From: Octopus sinensis
Taxonomy: Eukaryota
Direction: 5' to 3'
DNA: 64,000 bases
Assembly (NCBI RefSeq): GCF_006345805.1
Contig: NW_021836153.1
Coordinates: forward strand, 4,642-68,641
How positions within the stretch are numbered: the first letter of the stretch is position 1; each line of letters begins with the position of its first letter. Shown piece after piece: positions 63,157-64,000 of this stretch. Made by a program: the position numbers and the translations under genes. The notes beneath the pieces were generated by a model, which was not told the origin of the DNA, did no database searches, and was given only the letters and a program-made list of their open reading frames with translations.

Positions 63157-63520
63157 TGTAGCACAGTGTGTGGTTGTTCGCTTCCCTACCACATGATTCT
63201 AGGTTCAGTACCACTGTCTGGCATCTTGGGTAAGTGTCTACTATAGCCTAGGGCAACGAAAACCTTCGGAGTGGATCAGTTAGAAGGAAACTGAAAGAAG
63301 CCCATCATGTGTGTGTGTGTGTGTGTTTTTGTTTGTCCCCCACTACTACCTGATAACCGGTGTTGGTGTGTTTACATCCCTGTAACTTCAAAAGAGACTG
63401 ATAGAACATGCACCAGACTTAGAAAAAAAGAAGTGCTGGGATCGATTCGTACAACTAAAAATTCTGGAAGGTGGTGCCCCAGCATGGCTGTAGTCTAGTG
63501 ACTGAAACAAGTAAAAAAGA
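63157..63520 (+). mobile_element. Old full-length SINE family A
   Basis: ggttcagtaccactg...ggaaactgaaagaagccc...gtgccccagcatggctgtagtc...gaaacaagtaaaa. Confidence 0.75.
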
Positions 63521-63813
63521 TACACACACACACAACCACCACAACTATCAGAATCACAATCACATATCATAACCATCATCAATACAGCCACCATCTCACC
63601 ATCTATATTGTATCACCACTACCTCAAACACTACCACCACTGCTAAACAATGCTTATAAAAATGGACAGGATTGGCATGGCTGGAACACCTCTTATTTTA
63701 GGTCTGCTCAATCGAAGCTGACCTAGTACTAAATAAGGAAGCACACATTAGATCGTGTAGATAACCTATGTTGAACAAAAGATGTGATAATTATAGCCAG
63801 AAGACTTTCAATC

Positions 63814-63976
63814 AAAGGACAACCTGGATCAGTGCCGACCTGGGGCTACAGGAATCATTAAAGTACTTTATTTACTTCTTAGAGACATCAACTTGATGAT
63901 GATGATGATGATGTGATGTTAGTGATCTTTACACAGCCCTAGGTCCGTTCTGATCCACAGCAGATCAAGTTGTCCT
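63814..63976. repeat. Tail-to-tail inverted pair of family-E ends
   Basis: aggacaacctggatcagtgccgacctggggcta vs reverse complement of cagccctaggtccgttctgatcca...aagttgtcct, around a (GAT)n run. Confidence 0.6.
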
Positions 63977-64000
63977 AGCTCTAAACATCACACTGTTCAG

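Noticed and set aside
1-64000. Long ORFs rich in YI, HT, CV, YLSI, RE in the ORF track
   Set aside because: They are translations of (TA)n, (CA)n, (GATA)n and (GA)n microsatellites, open in several frames at once.

Overview
AT-rich, microsatellite-saturated eukaryotic non-coding DNA. The repeat inventory resembles a coleoid cephalopod, most likely Octopus (recognition, not a database result). No protein-coding gene can be supported: almost every ORF in the track is a microsatellite or SINE artefact. The window is dominated by tRNA-derived SINEs. Working labels: A = head + internal microsatellite + tail; B = monomer/dimer with ATT tail; C = CORE-like. D, E and G are other dispersed repeats. 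Also present: non-autonomous Tc1/mariner, pogo-like, piggyBac-like and hAT-like MITEs, and four Helitron-type pieces. The most interesting signal is three unrelated minimal type-I hammerhead ribozyme (HHR) motifs of the Penelope/retrozyme kind. (1) A U3:A8 covariant HHR with a GUC site sits in a hairpin-rich 344-bp insert flanked by a 16-bp direct repeat (30344-30687). (2) A canonical-core HHR lies in a palindromic element that fuses a Pol III tRNA-like head to the ribozyme, with a 12-bp TSD (9890-10235). (3) An A6U variant lies at 24395-24430. Other observations include a 43-bp templated insertion copied from 3 kb away, a 165-bp inverted duplication, a micro-inversion, a pre-miRNA-like hairpin and a homeodomain/E-box minisatellite. 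Coordinates were counted by hand and may be off by a few bases at element ends.
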